Shown here: positions 1 to 13,369 of the stretch, in pieces
Layout of the letters: every line of letters starts with the position of its first letter
Position numbering within the stretch: position 1 is the first letter of the stretch
NCBI GenBank assembly: GCA_043228905.1
Contig: JBHGNT010000011.1
Coordinates: 1,612,001-1,676,000, forward strand
DNA length: 64,000 nt
Direction of reading: 5' to 3'
From: Azolla caroliniana
Taxonomy: Eukaryota > Plantae > Polypodiophyta
The notes under the pieces: model-generated
Seen by the model: only the letters and a program-made list of their open reading frames with translations
Told to the model about the DNA's origin: nothing
Database searches by the model: none
Made by a program: the position numbers and the translations under genes

Positions 1-2
1 GC

Positions 3-101
3 TTGAATAAAGTGACGATCAAGAATTCGTATCCACTGCCCCGGGCTGACGATCTAATTGACCGTCTCCAGGGAGCTCGGTATTTTACGAAACTTAATCT
101 C
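3..101 (+). pseudogene. Ty3/gypsy reverse transcriptase fragment (chromovirus-like)
   Basis: Manual translation gives [33 protein letters not shown], the gypsy RT LNKxT..YPLP.IDDL motif. Truncated on both sides. Confidence 0.8.
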
Positions 102-415
102 CAACCATTAGGCCAAGTGTGAACATGGTTGGGGGCCTTGGGTATCACTATAAATAGAGGCCTAGCGACCCTCATTTCAGGATCTTGTTGACTACGTCGA
201 GACTCTATCTTGTGGTGGGTCAACTCTTGTAGTGAGTGCGCCAGCACCAGGTACGACTCGACACCACGACGGTGGTATGGGACGCCGATCGAGGCTCGAG
301 TCCATCTCGATCCCTTCTCTCGGGGGTGGTCGGGTGGATCGACACCCTTCTTTCTCTCTCCCCTTTCTTTCTTTCTATCTAGATCTATCCTTATCTAATG
401 CATACTTTAGTACAT
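102..415 (+). mobile_element. Truncated LTR, same family as the solo LTR at 3939-4393
   Basis: Reverse-complement match to 3955-4265 (the spurious ORFs 210..398 and 3956..4177 are near-identical). TATAAATAG at ~149. Confidence 0.75.
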
Positions 416-1330
416 GTCTCTAATAGTTGCTACATGCCTTGATATTGCTTTTGCAGTGGGAGTGGTTAGTAGGTACATGGAAAATCTCGGCAAAAAGCAT
501 TGGGAAGCGGTGAAAGGTATTATGAGATACCTCAAAGGCACAAAGGACTTGTGTATTTGCTTTGGAAAGCAAAAGGCATCTGTCATTGGTTTTACGGATG
601 TGGACTATGCTGGTCACACAGACTGCAAGAATTCTACTTCTAGGTATGTGTTCACTTTCACAGGAGGAGCGGTCTCTTGGATCTCCAGACTACAGAAGTG
701 TGTTGCATTGTCTACTATAGAGGCAGAGTATGTTGCTGCCATTGAGGCATGCAAAGAGGCTTTATGGCTTTCATATCTAGTGAGAGATCTTGGCACTACA
801 GAGTTACCTATTCTTCATTGTGACAACTAGAGTGCTATCATGCTAGCTTGGAATCCCATCTTTCATGCAAAGACGAAGCATATAGAGGTGAAGTATCACT
901 TCATCAGAGATGTACTTGAAAACAAGAACATTGAGCTTCTCAAAGTACATACAAATAATAATCCTGCAGATCTTCTCACAAAGGGTCTTCCAACTGAGCG
1001 ATTTGCTCATTGCCGACAGATGATGGGAGTTGGACAGATGTATGTAGTTCAATTTTGTACATACTTGGACTTAGCTAACTTTCTTTTTTTCTTTTTTCTC
1101 TCATGGCACATTGCCTTTAGGTGGGAGGTTGTTAGGAATAAAGGGCCATCGTGCCTTTTATTAGTGCACGAATGTGAATGCACTCGTATCACACTTTTGA
1201 CTTGTATATACATAATATCTAAAAACCAAAAAAGAGGTACACTCTTTGTACCCAAGACAACGTGCATCTCTCTCTCTCACTTAGACTCTATCCCTCTCTA
1301 TTTTTGACCTAAACCCTAATCCTCGTGCTA
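416..1330 (+). mobile_element. Ty1/copia 3' remnant (RT end, RNase H, PPT, start of 3' LTR)
   Basis: DIAFAVGVVSRY, HWEAVK, VALSTIEAEY, HAKTKHIEV and NPADLLTK motifs. AGGTGGGAGG PPT followed by TGTTAGGAAT at ~1130. Confidence 0.8.
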
Positions 1331-3214
1331 CCTTCACGAGTGTCATCCGGTTACCGGCTAGCGTCCGGTTTTCAACCGGGTAAGTACTTGTGTCCTCAAG
1401 CCGGTTTTCAGTGAATGATCCGGAGTTCATCACCTTCTTCTCCGACTCCTAGTCGGCAATGGTCCTATCTTCCATGAAGACTATGTCCCGACTCCGGAAC
1501 ACCTTCTTGTTGACCAAATCCCACACTCGGTAGCCGAATTCATCATCGCCGTATCCAAGGAATATGCATGGCCTGGACTTCGGATCTAGCTTGGCTCTCT
1601 TGTCCTTTGCAACATGCACATATGCGAGACACCCGAACACCTTCAGATGCTGGTAAGATACATCTTTACTGGTCCATACTTTCTGAGGTGAGTCTCCTTC
1701 CAAGGGTGCTGAGGGTGATCTATTTATCACATAGGTCGCCGTCGTCAACGCCTCATCCCAAAACGTCTTGGGTAACTTTGCATGTGCTAGCATGCTCCAG
1801 ACTCTTTAAATTATGATCCGGTTCACCCTTGCGTCCAACCCGTTTAGTTCGAGTGTCTTCAACACGGTGAATTCGAGCCGGATTCCCTTCGATTGGCAAT
1901 ACTTCTCGAATTTCCCCTGATATTCTCCTCCGTTATCTACTCGAACCGTCTTCAGCTTCCGGTCGGTTTCTCTTTCCACTCTCGCGTGGAGCGCCTTGAA
2001 GACGGATAACACGTAATCCCTCGTCTTCAACGGTGAGACCCACATCTTCCGACTGTGGTCATCTATGAACGTCACAAAGTACTGCAATCCGGCATGTGAC
2101 TTTGTGTCCACTTGACACACATCGGTATGCACCAGCTCCAGTGGTGCATTCCGTCTCATCGGTGGCCTTGACTGGAAGGAGGTGCGGTTTTGCTTGCCGG
2201 CCAAGCAATCGGTGCACTTCTCAAGTTGCACGTCCTTCACCGGAATGAGGTTGTCTTCAACAAGCCTCTTCATCCCCTTCTGACTCATGTGACACAGTCT
2301 TTTGTGCCACAGCTCACTAGAAGTGTCGGATGCTACGTTCACTTCTTCCCGGCATATCTGGGCATGCATCAAGTACAGTGTGTTGACCTTCTCGGCTCAA
2401 GCCACTATCAAGCTTTCCTTGCTGAACTTCATGACTTCGTTCCGGATGCTACTAGTGTAGCCTTCATCATTTAGCCGACCGAATGATATCAGGTTCAGTC
2501 GAACCTCCGGAACGTGTCAGACATCCTTTAGCAGTAGCTTGCATCCAGTTGATGTCCCTTTATTCCCCATCCGGACACAACCATGATCACCGACTGTGTA
2601 GGATAAGAAGCATCTCCTATCCGGTGTCAGGTGGAACGACACTCCAGAATCGACAACCCACGTTGTCTCGTCGCCGACAAGGTTTAACTCATTCTCCTCG
2701 GTAATGAGCAGAAGTTCTTCTTCAATGGTAGAGATTGTCGACGTTCCTTTCCGATCCGAGCTTCTCCGGTCTGGACCGTTTCGGTCCGAACTCTTCTTCG
2801 AATCGGTGGTGTCAGTTTCTTTCTCTTTCCGGAAGTGCCGACAATTCTTCCCGCAATAGAAGCATGTGGGCCTCCCCCTTGGCTTCGACCTCGTCCCTGA
2901 CTTGTCCCGGTTTTGGGGACTCCGATACCGGCCTCTTCCCAGATTGTGGTCATCTTCCGTGACCAAGGCCTTCGGATCGGTTCTGGATTCCCGGTCCTTC
3001 CGGCGAGCTTCTTCATCTAGCAAGCTTGATTTTTCCCTTGTTAGGGACAACTGTTTTCCTTCCGGCCCGGCATTGCCCAACGTGACAACTAACGTCTCCC
3101 AACTATCCGAGAGGGAACCGAGCAGAAGCAATGCGAGTACGTCATCAGCGAGAGGTACTTCCAACAAGGTTGTTTGATGTATTAGCCCCTGGAAGGGATT
3201 CATGTGCTCCATCA

Positions 3215-3292
3215 TACTGGAGCCGTCTTGGTACTAGAGCCGTCTTGGTACTGGAGCCGTCTTGGTACTGGAGCCGTCTTGGTACTGGAGCC
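3215..3292. repeat. 17-bp tandem repeat (TACTGGAGCCGTCTTGG) x ~4.6 inside gag of H
   Basis: Read directly. Sibling elements have a single copy. Confidence 0.9.
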
Positions 3293-3938
3293 TCACTAGC
3301 TTCCGGAATACCGAAACCCAGTTAACATCATTCTTGTTCTGGAACATGATGCTGATCTTCTCCCAGAGTTCATGAGCCTTACTTTCTTCATTGAAGTTGT
3401 TGTATAGGCTCATGTCGATGAAGCACCGGATGTATGCCGTCGTCTTCATGTGAATCACCTCCGACACTGTGGAGTCGATCTTTTCCGATCTCTTGTCCCC
3501 GAACTAAACCGGCAACCAAAGATCTTTGACCACCAGCATATCCCTCATTTTCGACTTCCACACTGAGTAGTTGGATCCGGTGAGCTTGAACATGCCGCCG
3601 AATGATTCTTCCATTTTCTATGTTGTTTGCTCTCATACTTGTTTGCGGGGAATAATGCGGAATATTGCTCGGCCACAACTGAGTCTTGAATCACAGAAAT
3701 GGGAATGAACAAGAGAGTACGGAGAAATGGCACAGGATGTTTACATGGAAAAACCCTAATAGGGAAAAAACCATGGGAGCCCATAGACTCCAATTATCAC
3801 TATATGAGAGGAAATACAAAGTGGATGCACAGAGGCAACGACCTCGTGCTCGCGATCTTCGCCAGACGGTGGTTACAACAGAGAGTGCTCGTAGCTACTC
3901 TCTGCATCTCTCGCTCTCTCTCTCCCTCCCTCCCCCCC

Positions 3939-4393
3939 TATTATAGATCTTGGTACTAACGTAAGCTTAAGATAAGGATAATGAAAAGATAGATAGAAAG
4001 GAGAAAGAGAAAGAAGGGTGCCGATCCACCCGACCACCCCCGAGCGAAGGGATCGAGACGGACTCGAGCCTCGATCGGCGTCCCATACCACCGCCGTGGC
4101 GTCGAGTCGTACCCGGTGCTGGCGCGCTCGCTACAAGAGTTGACCCACCACACGAGCAGAGTCTCGATGTAGTCCAAAGATGATCAAATGAGGGTAGCTA
4201 GGCCTCTTATTTATAGCGATACCCAAGGCCCCCAGGCAAGTTCACACTTGACCTAATGGGTTGTCTCAATCCCGAGGATTAAAAGTAATCCTCCCCTTCT
4301 TTACACTCTCGTTTAACCCTCACACTTATCCACGTGTATAGAATACTACGGTAAATTCTTACCACGGGATATTATATGGTCATGCTCGTAACA
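3939..4393 (-). mobile_element. Solo LTR (455 bp) with TSD CCCCC
   Basis: Ends T(A)TTATAG...CGTAACA, flanked by CCCCC at 3934-3938 and 4394-4398, inside the CT-rich tract of the H LTR. Confidence 0.75.
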
Positions 4394-4394
4394 C

Positions 4395-4444
<50 letters not shown>

Positions 4445-4498
4445 GCTCTCTCTATATACAGTAGTTATGCACATATAACAATATGACAATAACAAAAA

Positions 4499-7400
4499 TG
4501 TTGAGATACAAGCTCAACATTGGCCGGATCGGCTATGCAAGTTGAGAACCAGATTGGTTGGGGCCGATCGGTTAGGCCAGACCGGTGCGTAAAACGGGTG
4601 CGTAAACCAATACCAAACCGGTGCGTAACGAGAAGCCGTAGCGGTGCATAAACCGCGAGGCCGTTGGAAAGATACTCCGCGTAGGAATATATTTTGGGAG
4701 TTAGCGTAGAGCTCAGTTATGAGCATTGAAGTACGTGTCAGTACTTCTGTCAGTCCGTATGGACTTGTATAAAAATGCTCATTGAGCACATCCTATGTAC
4801 AGACTGAGTGATATTTTGAATTGAGTTTTTCTGTGTTCTCTCACTGTCTCTCCTGCATACTGTGTATACCCTAAGCTCTCCATTAAACTTGCGTATTCTC
4901 TGTGTTCGGTTTTCTATTGCTTCCGCACGTAATCTTTTTCATGGTATCAGAGCGGGAGGGTTGAGAACCTCTACAACCAACATAGCTTGAAAAGAAAAAC
5001 CAACCGATAAGAACAGGTAAAAACCGATGGATAGAGGCATGGCTAGCTCGCTTCCGACGGAGAAGCTCGACAGAAACAACTATGCATCTTGGTCCTACAA
5101 GATGCACCAGTACCTGCTCGGGCACGGTTATTGGAGCTATGTCGACGGAGCAAATGACACAGCACCCGAATAGACACACAGAGATTTTCCGGCGTGGGAA
5201 CAATCGGTGAGCAGAGTATTGTACTTCTTCGCGTCTTGTGTGGGCGAACATCTCCTAAGCTACATTCGGGATGCGAAAATGCCGAAGGATGCTTGGGGAA
5301 ATCTGAAGATGATTTTCACTGCAAGCACTACAGCTAGGAAGTTTCAACTCCGACAAGAGCTGAGCAACCTACGACAACGTGACTTGTCGGTGGCCGATTA
5401 CACCTCGAAGATCAAAGATATATGCGACACCTTAGCCTCCATCGATGTGAACGTCGAGGAAGGCGAGATGGTGCAGATCTGTCTGGGGGACTGGCATTGA
5501 AGTTTGGAGCATTCCGAACTGCTGTGTGTACATGGGAGAATACGCCGTTGTTTTCCGACCTACAATCGATGCTCCTTATAGAGGAAAACCACGCGGGTGC
5601 ATCGAAGAGCACGCATGCCGACAAAAACATGTTGTACACAGAGGGAGATAGGCCCCGTGGTCATGGCGGATGAGGCGAGTTGGTGCGCAATGGAGGCGGC
5701 CGACGGGACCAAGGAAGAAGGCACCGAAGTGATGTTGACAGCAACTCCAGACCCTCCGGAAATAGGGGGAGTCGAGGCAATGAGAACCGGCAAGGGAAAT
5801 CCTCCATGGAATGCTGGTACTATGGCAAGAAAGGCCACAGGGAGAGCGAGTGCTGGAAAAAGCGCGCTGACTCGGAGAGAACCGGGTTTGGATCAGGTTT
5901 CAGACAAAACGACAAGGGTAATTGGCAGCGATCGCACTACGCCGAGGGAGCCGAAAAAAGGTCAGTCTTCGTGACGAGACACGAAGCAAACTCGATGAAG
6001 AAGATCACCCCAAAATCAGACAAGGTGTGGTACGTCGACTCCGGCGCGTCAAACCACATGACGTGCCACAAGGAGTGGTTCTTGTACCTGGAAAAACCGA
6101 TGCAACCGGGAGTAGTAGCAACCGGAGACGACACTCCGCATCCGATCGCGAATGTCAGTGAAGTTCTCCTGAGCCATGTCGGGCAGAAAGGGAAACTCAT
6201 GAATGTGTTACATGTCCCGACAATCACAAAGAACCTGGTGTTGGTCGGGCAGATCGTTGACCAGGGGATGCAGGTTCGGTTTATGCATCTGGGGTGCTTC
6301 ATCGAGGAAGAAGGTTGTGTTATTACGCAAGGGCGCACAGATGGGAGGATGTTTATCCTCGACTCTAGCGACGGTGGCACCGCAATGTTTGCAAGAGGAC
6401 AAAAAGTTGAGTCGGATATTGACTTATGGCACAAGCGGATAGGCCACGTCAACTATCAACGGCTTCAGGACCTGCAATCGAAATAGGTGGTGTTCGGATT
6501 GCCCAAATTTTGTGGCCGGAAGGCACAAATTTGTGAAGCCTGCCAGCTAGGGAAGCAACACCGACTTCCTTTCCCAAACGAGCATAACCGGAGCCGGAAC
6601 AAGCTCAACTTGATACATTCCGATGTATGGGGGCCGACACAGAATGTTAGTCTTGGTGGGAGTTGATATTTCGTCTCTTTCATCGACGACTATACGCGGC
6701 GCACGTGGATCTACCTCATCGAGAAGAAGAGTGAAGTCTTTGACTGTTTCCGGGACCTCAAAGGGTTCGCGGAATCGGAAATAGGAAGAAAGATCAAGTG
6801 CCTATGGTTGGATGGCGGAAAAGAGTACTTTTCTGGTCAATTCAACGGCTATCTGCAACATATGGGAATTCGGCGCGAATTCAGTTGTAGATACACGCTG
6901 GAGCAAAACGGCGTGGCCGAGAGGAAAAATCGTTCGATTGTGGAAGCGGCATGGGCAATGCTGGAGGAAAAGGGCTTGCCCAAGTTCTATTGGGCCGAGG
7001 CGGTACGAACTGCAGTATACATCCAGAATCGGATCAGAGAAAAAGTGTCAGCGCATGAGCTGTATTTCGAAAGGAAACCAAATCTGCGGCACTTGAGAGT
7101 TTTCGGTAGCATCGCGTATGTGCACGTGCCGAACAAGAAATGGAGGAAGTTGGACAAGAAAGCCGAGAAGTGTATCTTGGTCGGTTACTTGGACGAGGAA
7201 AAGGGTTATAAGTGTTATAACCCTCACACCAAACAAGCGCGCGTGAGTCGTGACGCTATGTTTGATGAGTCCGCATCCTGGTACTTGCCTCCGACTCCAG
7301 ACCTCACCTCCAATCCGAATTCTGATGATGAGTTCAGCGAGGCCGAGATACCTCCAGATAAACCTGAAATCGGGACCCATGAAGAAAGTCCGATTTCGTT

Positions 7401-8924
7401 TCGGTTAAGCAGACCGGATGGACGACTGAGTCGGTTCGACCAGTCCGATGAAGAGCTGGCGAGTAGTGGAGACTCGGTCGTGGATTCCCCGCGCAGGAAG
7501 CCAAGGAGGCGGCTTACGTGCAAGGAAAAAGGGAAGAAGAAGGTGTCGGCATACGACACTGATAGGAATGAGTTGGATCGATGCGAGTCCGACTCTGAGG
7601 GAAGTGGTGACGGGTCTTCGAGACCGAAGTTCGGGCCGGCGACGAAAGCCTCAACATCGGCTAATGAGCAATTACGCCAATCTACCCACCAGAAGAACCC
7701 TGTTGTGCGGTTCAGTTACAACGAGTACATGGTGCATCACTATGCGTACATGACCCGTGTAGCGGAAGTGCGTGAGCCGAAGAGCTACGCAGAGGCAGCG
7801 AAGGACGTGAATTGGTGTGCCGCAATGGAGGAAGAGATGCGCGCATTGGCGAATAATGAAACCTGGGACCTGGTTGACGCACCGAAGGGTGTGAAGCGGA
7901 TCGGATGCAGGTGGGTGTACAAGGTCAAGTACAACACCAACGGATCAACTGATACAAGGCCCGGTTAGTAGCAAAAGGCTACGCGCAGAAACAAGGCATT
8001 GACTACGATGAGACGTTTGCGCCGGTCGTGAAGATGACGACCGTCCGTGTTTTGCTCACGGTAGCTGCAGCAAAGGGGTTGCACTTACATTAGATGGATG
8101 TAAAGAATGCGTTCCTGTAAGGTGAGGTTGAGGAATAGGTGTACATGGTACATCCCCTGGATTTCACTCCAGAACGAACACTTCGGCGGGGTGCCGATTG
8201 AAGAAGTCCCTTTACGGTCTAAAGCAAGGCCTGCGTGCCTGGAACGCGAAGATCATGCAATGATTGCGTCGGATGGGCTTTGTGACGTCAAAATCGGACT
8301 CCTCACTGTTCATCTGGAAACGTCAACTCGGGCCGATCATTATTTTACTTTATGTTGATGACTTGGTCATCACAGGCGCCGACCTAGGTGAGATAGACCG
8401 CGTGAAGCTCCAGCTCGAGGCATCATTCGACATGAAGGATCTGGGGGACCTTCATTACTTCCTCGAGATCGAAGTGATCCGTACCCCTGAAGGCATCTTG
8501 ATCAGCCAACGTCATTACGCGTTGAATATGCTCTTCAAATTCGGGATGGCCGACTGTAAGTCCGTCTCGACTCCTCTAGATAGAACCGTCAAGCTTAGCC
8601 CCGATTCTGGAAAGGTATGTGACCCGACGAGGTTCCGATAGATAGTCGGAAGCCTTATATACTTGACCATCACTCGACCAGATCTCAGCTATCCGGTCGG
8701 GGTGATTAGTCAATTCATGGCGCGACCCACTAAGGAGCACTTTCAATGCGCGCAACGCGTACTCCGGTATGTTAGTGGCACTAAGGACCGGGGGCTACTA
8801 TATTAGACTAATACTTCCGCGCAGTTGGTCGGGTACACCGATGCTGATTGGGCCGGAAACGCCGGCGATCGTCGATCCACGTCCGGTTTCGCGTTCTCTC
8901 TTGGGAGTGTCGCGATCGCGTGGG
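4499..8924 (+). mobile_element. Bryco/RLC5-like Ty1/copia G, degenerate and 3'-truncated in RNase H
   Basis: LTR 4499-4941 (TG..CA) and PBS TGGTATCAGAGC at 4942-4953. Gag CWYYGKKGH, PR WYVDSGAS, IN DGGKE/EQNGVAE and RT LLYVDD, with many stops. Confidence 0.85.
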
Positions 8925-10932
8925 ACTTGCTTCAATCCGTATAAGCTCTTCTTTAGCCGGCATACCAGGTGCTCCTTCCCTTTCCCCTCAAATCCTTCCG
9001 ATTGATGCATGTAGATCTCTTCTTCAAGGTCGCCATGCAGGAATGTTGTCTTGACGTCCAGTTGCTCTACCTTGAGGTCCATGCTTGCTGCTATGCTCAA
9101 TACCATCTAGATGTATGTCATCTTTACTACCGGGGCAAAGATCTCATCGAAATCCACACCTTTCTTCTACTGGAAACCCTTCACCACTATCTGGGCTTTG
9201 TACCTTGGTGGATTTCCGGTGTCCCGGTTTCAGCTTGTACACCCACTTGTTCCGGAGTGCCCTCTTTTCTTTTGGGAACATTGTCAGTTCGTATGTATGG
9301 TTCTCATGCAAGGAATCCATCTCGTCCTGCATGGCATTCAACCACTTGGGGCTGTGGGTGTCTTTGTTTGCTTCTTCGAAGCTTTCCGGTTCCTCCTCAT
9401 CGGTCAACAATACGTGCTATGCATTTGGAAATCTCAGGGGGGGGGGCATTTTCTCTCTCTGAGAGGGTATCTTCGTCCTTGGTTTCTGACTACCAGTTTT
9501 TCCGTTTGTTCCTCATTCGAATCCAATTCGGGATCTCGTCCGGTTCCAGTGTCTTCATCTTCTTGTTCTTGTTATTCTTCGGTCTGTTCAGTTTCTTGCC
9601 CGAATCCGGCCGGTTCGTCGAGTGTCATCCGGTTACTGGCTAACATCTGGTTTTCAACTGGATAAGTCCTTGTGTCCTCAAGCCGGTTTTCATTGGATGA
9701 TCTGGAGTTCATCACCTTCTTCTCCGACTCCCAGTTAGCAATGGTCCTGTCTTCCATGAAGACTATGTCCCGACTTTGGAACACCTTCTTGTCGACCAAT
9801 TCCCACACCCAGTAACCAAACTCATTATCGTCGTAACCAAGGAATATGCATGGCCTGGTCTTCGGATCTAACTTTGCTCTCTTGTCCTTTGTAACATGCA
9901 CATAGGCGAGACACCCGAACACCTTCAGATGCCGGTAAGATACATCTTTACCGGTCCATACTTTCTGCGGTGAGTCTCCTTCCAAGGGTGTTGAGGGTGA
10001 TTTGTTTATCACATAGGTCGCCGTCATCAGTGGCTTAGCCCAAAACGTCTTGGGTAACTTTGCATGTGCCATCATGCTCCGGACTCTCTCCATCATGGCC
10101 TGGTTCATCCGTTCAGTCAGCCCGTTCAATTCCGGTGTCTTCGGCACAGTGAATTTGAGTTGGATTCCCTTCGATCGATAGTACTCCTTGAACTACCCCC
10201 AGTATTCTCCTCCATTATTAGCTCGAACCGCCTTCAATTTCCGGCCAGTTTCTCTTTCCACTCTCACGTGGAGCTCCTTGAAGACGGATAGCACTTGATC
10301 AGGTGATCCTTTGTCTTGAGCGGGGAGACTCACAGCTTCCGGCTGTGGTCGTCTATGAACGTCACGAAGTACTACGATCCGGCATGTGACTTTGTGTCCA
10401 CTTGACACACATTGGTATGCCCTAGCTACAGTGGTACATTGTTACCCGGACAAGTGGGGAAGTGTCGGAGTCAGAAATGAAGAAGGTTCGGAGTCGGAGT
10501 CGGATTCGGATCGGTATAGAGGATTGATAAGTCAACATCTGGCCGAAGTAAATTAAAATAGAAATTATAAGTTAGTTAAAGATTTTGTAGTTCTTGCCAT
10601 GTTTGGCAATATGTTTTCTTGATGAGGAAGTCCTTCTGGTTGCCTGTAAAAGGAACCGAAGGCAGTGTAAAGAGTTATCATTTTATTTAGTAATATAAAG
10701 TTAGTTTAGGAAATCTCTGTGTACGAAACGTTCTGTCAATCTATTTCCTTTCTGTTATAACTTGTTACGTAAATAGCGATCTCGATGCTTGCTGAACATA
10801 GATAAGTTTAGAATCATTTTTAGTATCTATTTCGTCTAAAGCACAACTCATTGATAAAACATTCAATGAGCAACGTTCGACCTATACTGTGTCGGCAATA
10901 GTTATTGTCGACCGAACAACACAGTATAATTT

Positions 10933-10945
10933 TGGCATGCCTGGT
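10933..10945 (+). promoter_or_regulatory. Primer binding site of F (tRNA-Arg-like, C>T decayed)
   Basis: TGGCATGCCTGGT resembles TGGCACGCCCGGT and lies 11 nt after the 5' LTR. Element J has a similar TGGCACGC PBS. Confidence 0.6.
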
Positions 10946-10979
10946 TACATCTGAAGCTAGTAGAGAACAAGTCGAATGA

Positions 10980-13369
10980 ATGTCGTCTGCTCCAGATACA
11001 CCAGTCAGTTGTAAATGTCCTCGTACACAATCGATTACGAAGACACTAGAAAAAGATTCGGCTGCAAAGTTACAACCAGAAACAAGTAGAAGGTGGTCTA
11101 CGCTCCCGGATTTAACTGATAGTCAATTGGATGAAAATCAGGAGGAGGAGATATCATTTTACGATATCTAGAGTGAAGACAATATGCCTTACCCATATTC
11201 TAAATTTTAGGAAGGTGCTGATGCAGAATCGCATATTAGGGATTTCTTGACAACATGGGAAATTAACCATGGAGCTCAGAGACTATCGACAATAGCCGAA
11301 GATAAATTTAAAATTGTTGAGTTTGTTTTGTCATTAGATGGTCAATTCGCTAATTGGTTTGCGCAAAATGGTTTCCATGCATTCGAAACATTTGAACAAT
11401 TAAATACCAAATTTCTGTAATTATTACATCGTCAGATTCCTCAAAAGGATCTGATAGCGCAATTTTATGCGTTGTATCAGGAGCCGCATGAAACAGTGTC
11501 TCAATTTGTCATTCGTTTTCAGAATTTACAACTCCAGATTTCCAGGCCTATTCTGGACAATGAATTGAAGGATGTATTCCTTGAAGCAATTCGTGAACCA
11601 TTACGAACAACATTAGTAGTGTTCGATTTCCAGAATCAGATGATCGAGCAAGTGATTGATAAAGCAATCGCTATGGGCCGGAATCCGAAAAATGTAAGGA
11701 GTATGGATATGTCGGCATTACATAATACCTTCCCAACTCGGGAGGAGTTGCAATTTCGACAAGTGGTTCAATGTACGACTTGTTTGAATACTGGGCATTT
11801 GGGAATAGAATGTAGTTTACGAACACATTGCACAATATGTCATTCTAAACTTCATTCGGTCGAGCAATGTGAATATAATCTTCTTAACAAAACAACGACT
11901 CTGGTACGGCAAATTTTTCCGAAAAATGGGTACCAGAATAACCGGCATATATTCAATAATGGGTACCAAGAAACCGCTCGACAAAATAATTATCAACAGA
12001 ATCAAGATTTTTTGGCGGCACAAGATAACGACTATCAACAACACAATGGAGGTCAGTTTAAACAAAATCACTATAAGAATAAAAAATTCTATAAGCAAAA
12101 AGCGTCACGACAATTTCAACAACCCCCAGATTCTAATGAAGATGGAAACCATTAGTTTGCGCTAGGCGAAGGGAGTGGAACATTTGTTCCTACCTACTAT
12201 ATTTGCCGATAGGAGGGACATTATGCAAATCAATGTTCGTCTAAAGGAAAAGGAAAAACACTGGCTATGCACATGGTCATGCCGGAAATTCAGCAAGTGA
12301 CCACCAGAAGTAAAAGTAAACAATCATAGTGGGAAATTTAGGAAGCTGTTCAGAAAGTAGCCAAGGAATGGGTAGAAGAAGCGAATAAAAACAATGTGTC
12401 CCGAATGCTCCAAGATAATGAGATTAATCAAGCTAATGAATTGCCCGGAGTTATGGCCATACCAGAACAAGAAGAAACTTGGAAAATTTTGGCGGATTGC
12501 CAAGTATCATTACCTTTGACGGGATTACTCAAACTAGTTCCTAGGTTCACAAAGAAAGTGGCGACGTTAATTGCCCAAAAAGGGACAGAACAAGTAGATG
12601 TTCACTATAATCAGCCAAGCAATAATCCTTCAATTATGGATGAACAAAATCCTTCTATTAAGGTCATAATCCATGGAGAAGAGATAGAAGGTGCTATTGT
12701 CAATGGTGGCTCAGGCGTGAATGTAATTAATAGAACTACTTGTGATAGGTTTGGCATTACCAAATGGGAAGCATGCCCATTTTGGCTAAGGATGGCTGAT
12801 ACTAGTACGATACGACTAATCGGGTTGCTGCGGCAGTTGGATGTCGTATTAGGAGGTCACACTTTTCAAATATCAGCAGTGGTGCTTCATTTGGAAGCTC
12901 TTGGAGCATATCCTTTGCTATTAGGTCGACCATGGTTAAAAACTGCTAATATTAAGAAAAATTGGAATAAGAATTTATTAACATTCCGAAAAGGCAAGAA
13001 GAAAATCCGGGTATCTACTCAGAATAAGATTATGACGAGCAAACAATGTTTGCCAATTCATGCGGAGGCTGTAAATATGATGGAAGGACTAGATGAGGTC
13101 GAAGAGAATCATTATTTTAATGATAACCCAAAAATTATCCCTTTGTTCGAAGTAGACATTTACAAGCCCTGACATCGTACATGGATTCACAAGAGGAATT
13201 ACCATTAGACGAGCAAACAATGAAAGAAATCCGAATGCAGCAGGAAGCTACCGAAAGAGAAATGAAGGTATCTCAACGGGTTTAGGCATTGGCATTGGAG
13301 GAAGTAAATTTGGCAGGAGATGATAAGGGGTTTGAACCAAAAACAGTGTTCGTAGCTAAAGATATGAGA
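10980..13369 (+). pseudogene. gag-protease of gypsy F
   Basis: Retrotrans-gag-like QEPHETVSQFVIRF, zinc knuckles CTTCLNTGH..C and CTICHSKLH..C, protease AIV(N)GGSGVNVI...LLLGRPWL. Confidence 0.8.

Larger units (their letters stand above)
1331..4498 (-). mobile_element. Degenerate Tork/Tnt1-like copia H (5' LTR from ~3644, gag-PR-IN; 3' half missing)
   Basis: Minus ORFs carry WVVDSG, LWHKRLCH, HTDVC and DNGGE motifs. Degenerate PBS at ~3629-3640. The LTR is interrupted by a solo LTR and by element G. Confidence 0.85.
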
